NCBI GenBank assembly: GCA_002269645.1
Contig: NIVC01000625.1
Location: 186,001 to 250,000 of the forward strand
DNA length: 64,000 bases
Reading direction: 5' to 3'
From: Macrostomum lignano
Lineage: Eukaryota
The notes under the pieces are model-generated. The model was not told the DNA's origin and did no database searches. It saw only the letters and a program-made list of their open reading frames with translations. The translations under genes and the position numbers were made by a program. Shown piece after piece: positions 61,198 through 64,000 of this stretch. Numbering within the stretch: the first letter of the stretch is position 1; each line of letters opens with the position of its first letter.

Positions 61198-64000
61198 CAT
61201 AGACAGAATGCCCGATCGGCTGTCGCGGGATGTTTAGAAATTAATATGCAAACAAACTACTTTTGTGGTGAAGCGGAGCAGTAGTTATGAAAATTCGATA
61301 TGCATATATACTACATTATAATATATGTAGACTCTGCGTATGATTCTATAAACTTACAGTGTAGATATTGCTTCAGAATTTAAAATTAACAGGTTTGGCA
61401 GTGCCCAAATTGGAATAAAACCGTAGACGTTGTCCCCAATCATTTATTTGAAACAAAAAACATATTTGAAACATTTTAATTATTATTATTAACAATACAA
61501 TTCACCAATTTACTCCAATTTGTATTCGCTGCTCCAGTTCAAATTACATTGTAAACTTTCCCCAATCAATTGCATTCCTCAATCAGCGTTCAGTCGCCTC
61601 AGCTTTCTCTGCACTGGTACAAGTGCCGTCCCTCTTCCGCTTTTCCTCTTTTGCGCCAGAATTCGCTGACTGTTGCACCAATGGTGGAGCCTCAGATTGG
61701 TGTACAGCGTTGCTAAACCAATAGTACAGCGTTCGCTGTGCTCATCAGAATGAGTTCGTATGAGACTTCGAGCTGAACTAAGAAACGAAGCTCTAACACT
61801 GGCCCCAACACGCGGCTCGTGAAATTTATCTGACGGCGCTTCCTGAAAGCTCGCTTCCATTTCTGCAACAGCCGCCACCACTGCATCACTGGGCACTACT
61901 AGGCTGCCTTCTTCGTAGCTTTTCAGGTGAATAAAAGTCTTGCCTTCCACGGAGGCTGAAGTGAGGTCGCGGCGACAGTCCTCACAGTGGCATTGAGTCT
62001 TAAAAAGCTTGAACAGCAGCCAGCCAGCAATGTATGCCAACTTCTCATTCTCAATGCACCCGACTGCCTCAAATTCCTGGAAAGCCTTCAGCCCCTCGTC
62101 ATCAGTCAATTCACTCACTTGCTCGCATTGCTGCAGATTCTCTCCGTTGATAAATGGCTCGCTGGCTGTGTGAACGTCACCAAGCAGCAATGACGCATTG
62201 TCTTCCTCACAGTTGGCTTGCAGCTGGCGGCAGCTGAGTAGCTGGTTCACAGCCAATGATCTGAACGCAGCTGCAGCTTCCCGGTATTCAGGACAGTCAT
62301 TAAATCCTCCACGTCGTCTAATGCAAGAGAAGCCGTTCTCCACATGATCCTGTGTGAAATTTCTTACGAATAGCTTCTGACAGCTGCCACTTTCAACTAG
62401 TTCGGATGAGACGATCAGCAACGACCTCAAGCTGAACTGCCAGCCAATGTGGAACTTCATGCCCTTTGCCTGAGTTCCATCATTTTTGAGGAAACACAGA
62501 GCTGACAGCCACTGGCACCACTTCTCGATAAGAGTCTGCTTCTCCCGAATGTTATTCCGTGTTATGGAATCTGCAGCGCATGTTCCGTTTGAAAGGTCAA
62601 ACAGCTCATTCACCATTTCGCAGAATCTTGCGGTTCCAAGCACAGTTTCTGATCTCACTACACCATACTGAGCGTAGACACGCAGAGCCTGAGCCATTGT
62701 TCTGGACAGAACCTGCGCAGCTAGCTTCACTCGCATATTCTTGCCGACGGTCAGGTTCACGTGACACTCCTGAAGCTTTGGAACCAAGCGCAAGTTTCCA
62801 GGCTTTCCTAGTTCTACTTGAGCCACAGCAACGATATCTGCCCAGTTTGCAGTTTTTCGAGTGCCGCTATCATCAAATTCAATGCAATGCTTATGCAGAG
62901 CATTTCGCATGTTCTTTAAGCAATGAGGAACATCGATGAAAGCTGGAATCAGTGACTGAACTCCGTCTACTTCGATACACACGGAAGGGCGATCAGGATT
63001 CGCCCCTAACTGTCGCAAGCACTGCCACTGAGTAGACTCCTGGTCACACACGATGCCGGAAAGCGTGAGTCCCATTCTTTTAACTGCAGCAACAGACTCA
63101 GAGAGGATCTGTTTGAATCTCAGTGCCCCAGGTGCGTGGTGGATGAGATAGTGCCCAATCGGCTGCTTCCATCTTGAGCAAGTGCCTTTGAGCCATACAG
63201 CGACAAACTCATCAGCAGTAGTCGCAGTTCGACCCCCAGCGGACGTGCCACAGTCTTCGAAGCCGATGATCTGGTCCGCGTTCTTATTGTAGCGAAGCGA
63301 AGGCCTCACAGACATGCCGTCAATGCTTATTGTGCAGATCTTTTCATCGGCTGTCATTGTGCTGGCTGCAGATGCCACATTGGCCTCGATTATTTTACAA
63401 ATCCCAGGCTGGCGCATGCAGAATCCAACTTTTCGACGAATTGTTGATCTGCCTGGTAGTGCGAAGCCAAGGTCACGCATAAAGCGATGACATCTTGGGC
63501 TGTAGTGCAGCAGTCCTGCTGCCAAGCGCTGAGTTGATCTGGACCACACTGAGCGGCGTCGACTCGAGTTTTGGACCTGGTCCTTCACAAAATTGCTGAC
63601 AACCGTGTTCAACGAGTTCATTTTAGAACACCAGCACTTTAACTGCAGCTGATGGCAGCTCCGGTTCGAAGACTGTGCCTTTGAAATTTGAGCCTGCAAC
63701 TGAGCGATTCGTCTGAGCATAGTTCGAACTTTCGATCTCTCGTCGTTTAGCTTCTTGAGCAGCTCTGCACGCGACAGACACTTTCGTCCTCTCAATTTCG
63801 CCGAATCTGCAGCTGAGATGACTGGTTCTCCATCAAAACACTGCACATCGTCCTCAGTGCGACCTTCTCTCGGCCTTCTCTCCTTCGCAAGTGGAGAAAC
63901 TCTTACTCTCGGACGCGAGCGTCGGTAAGGTTCTGCTATTTCTTTGTACAGCTGGAGCATCGGGTAAGCCGTGGGCATCAGTCTGACCCCAGGCTCATGT
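61198..64000 (-). mobile_element. P-superfamily DNA transposon, partial; candidate terminus CATAGACAGAAT at 61198
   Basis: Transposase ORF, an AT-rich 3' region with a minus-strand AATAAA at about 61443, and an abrupt boundary with the 18-bp array at a CA-starting motif. The other end is not visible. Confidence 0.6.
61579..64000 (-). CDS. THAP9 / P-element-superfamily transposase, uninterrupted frame, 5' end beyond the window
   Basis: ISIDGMSV (first D), IIGFEDCG, WKQPIGHY, IVCDQE (second D), FIDVPHCLKNMRN, MRVKLAAQVLS, FTQDHVENGFSCIRRRGG (E), LAYIAGWL. The window ends in RLMPTAYP, which resembles the end of a THAP domain (RLxPxAVP), and the frame is open to base 64000. Confidence 0.92.
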   Translation of the reverse strand, partial: HEPGVRLMPTAYPMLQLYKEIAEPYRRSRPRVRVSPLAKERRPREGRTEDDVQCFDGEPVISAADSAKLRGRKCLSRAELLKKLNDERSKVRTMLRRIAQLQAQISKAQSSNRSCHQLQLKCWCSKMNSLNTVVSNFVKDQVQNSSRRRSVWSRSTQRLAAGLLHYSPRCHRFMRDLGFALPGRSTIRRKVGFCMRQPGICKIIEANVASAASTMTADEKICTISIDGMSVRPSLRYNKNADQIIGFEDCGTSAGGRTATTADEFVAVWLKGTCSRWKQPIGHYLIHHAPGALRFKQILSESVAAVKRMGLTLSGIVCDQESTQWQCLRQLGANPDRPSVCIEVDGVQSLIPAFIDVPHCLKNMRNALHKHCIEFDDSGTRKTANWADIVAVAQVELGKPGNLRLVPKLQECHVNLTVGKNMRVKLAAQVLSRTMAQALRVYAQYGVVRSETVLGTARFCEMVNELFDLSNGTCAADSITRNNIREKQTLIEKWCQWLSALCFLKNDGTQAKGMKFHIGWQFSLRSLLIVSSELVESGSCQKLFVRNFTQDHVENGFSCIRRRGGFNDCPEYREAAAAFRSLAVNQLLSCRQLQANCEEDNASLLLGDVHTASEPFINGENLQQCEQVSELTDDEGLKAFQEFEAVGCIENEKLAYIAGWLLFKLFKTQCHCEDCRRDLTSASVEGKTFIHLKSYEEGSLVVPSDAVVAAVAEMEASFQEAPSDKFHEPRVGASVRASFLSSARSLIRTHSDEHSERCTIGLATLYTNLRLHHWCNSQRILAQKRKSGRGTALVPVQRKLRRLNAD

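Overview
This is animal genomic DNA, not prokaryotic. It has GC-rich exons with GT-AG introns, AT-rich spacers, and roughly 40% of the window in micro/minisatellite arrays. The style suggests a flatworm such as Macrostomum (inference only). Left to right: (1) the 5' five exons of a Na+/K+-ATPase alpha subunit (minus strand, running off the window start); (2) a tandem duplication (about 8.5-21 kb) carrying two copies of a shrunken, catalytically dead neprilysin/M13-like type II membrane protein; (3) a two-exon aldo-keto-reductase-fold protein with a signal peptide, no catalytic tetrad and a Lys-rich insert; (4) a MITE with perfect TIRs and an 8-bp TSD; (5) two intronless C2H2-zinc-finger/AlkB-family genes; (6) an orphan single-pass membrane ORF; (7) an intronless SAM-dependent methyltransferase next to a nest of inverted-repeat, Harbinger-like remnants; (8) an intronless DEG/ENaC channel with a 1-bp frameshift in TM2; (9) a hAT-type MITE that contains its own minisatellite; (10) the last two exons of a 4-coumarate-CoA-ligase/luciferase-like acyl-CoA synthetase; (11) an apparently intact THAP9/P-element transposase running off the window end. 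All family calls come from motif recognition by eye; no database searches were run.
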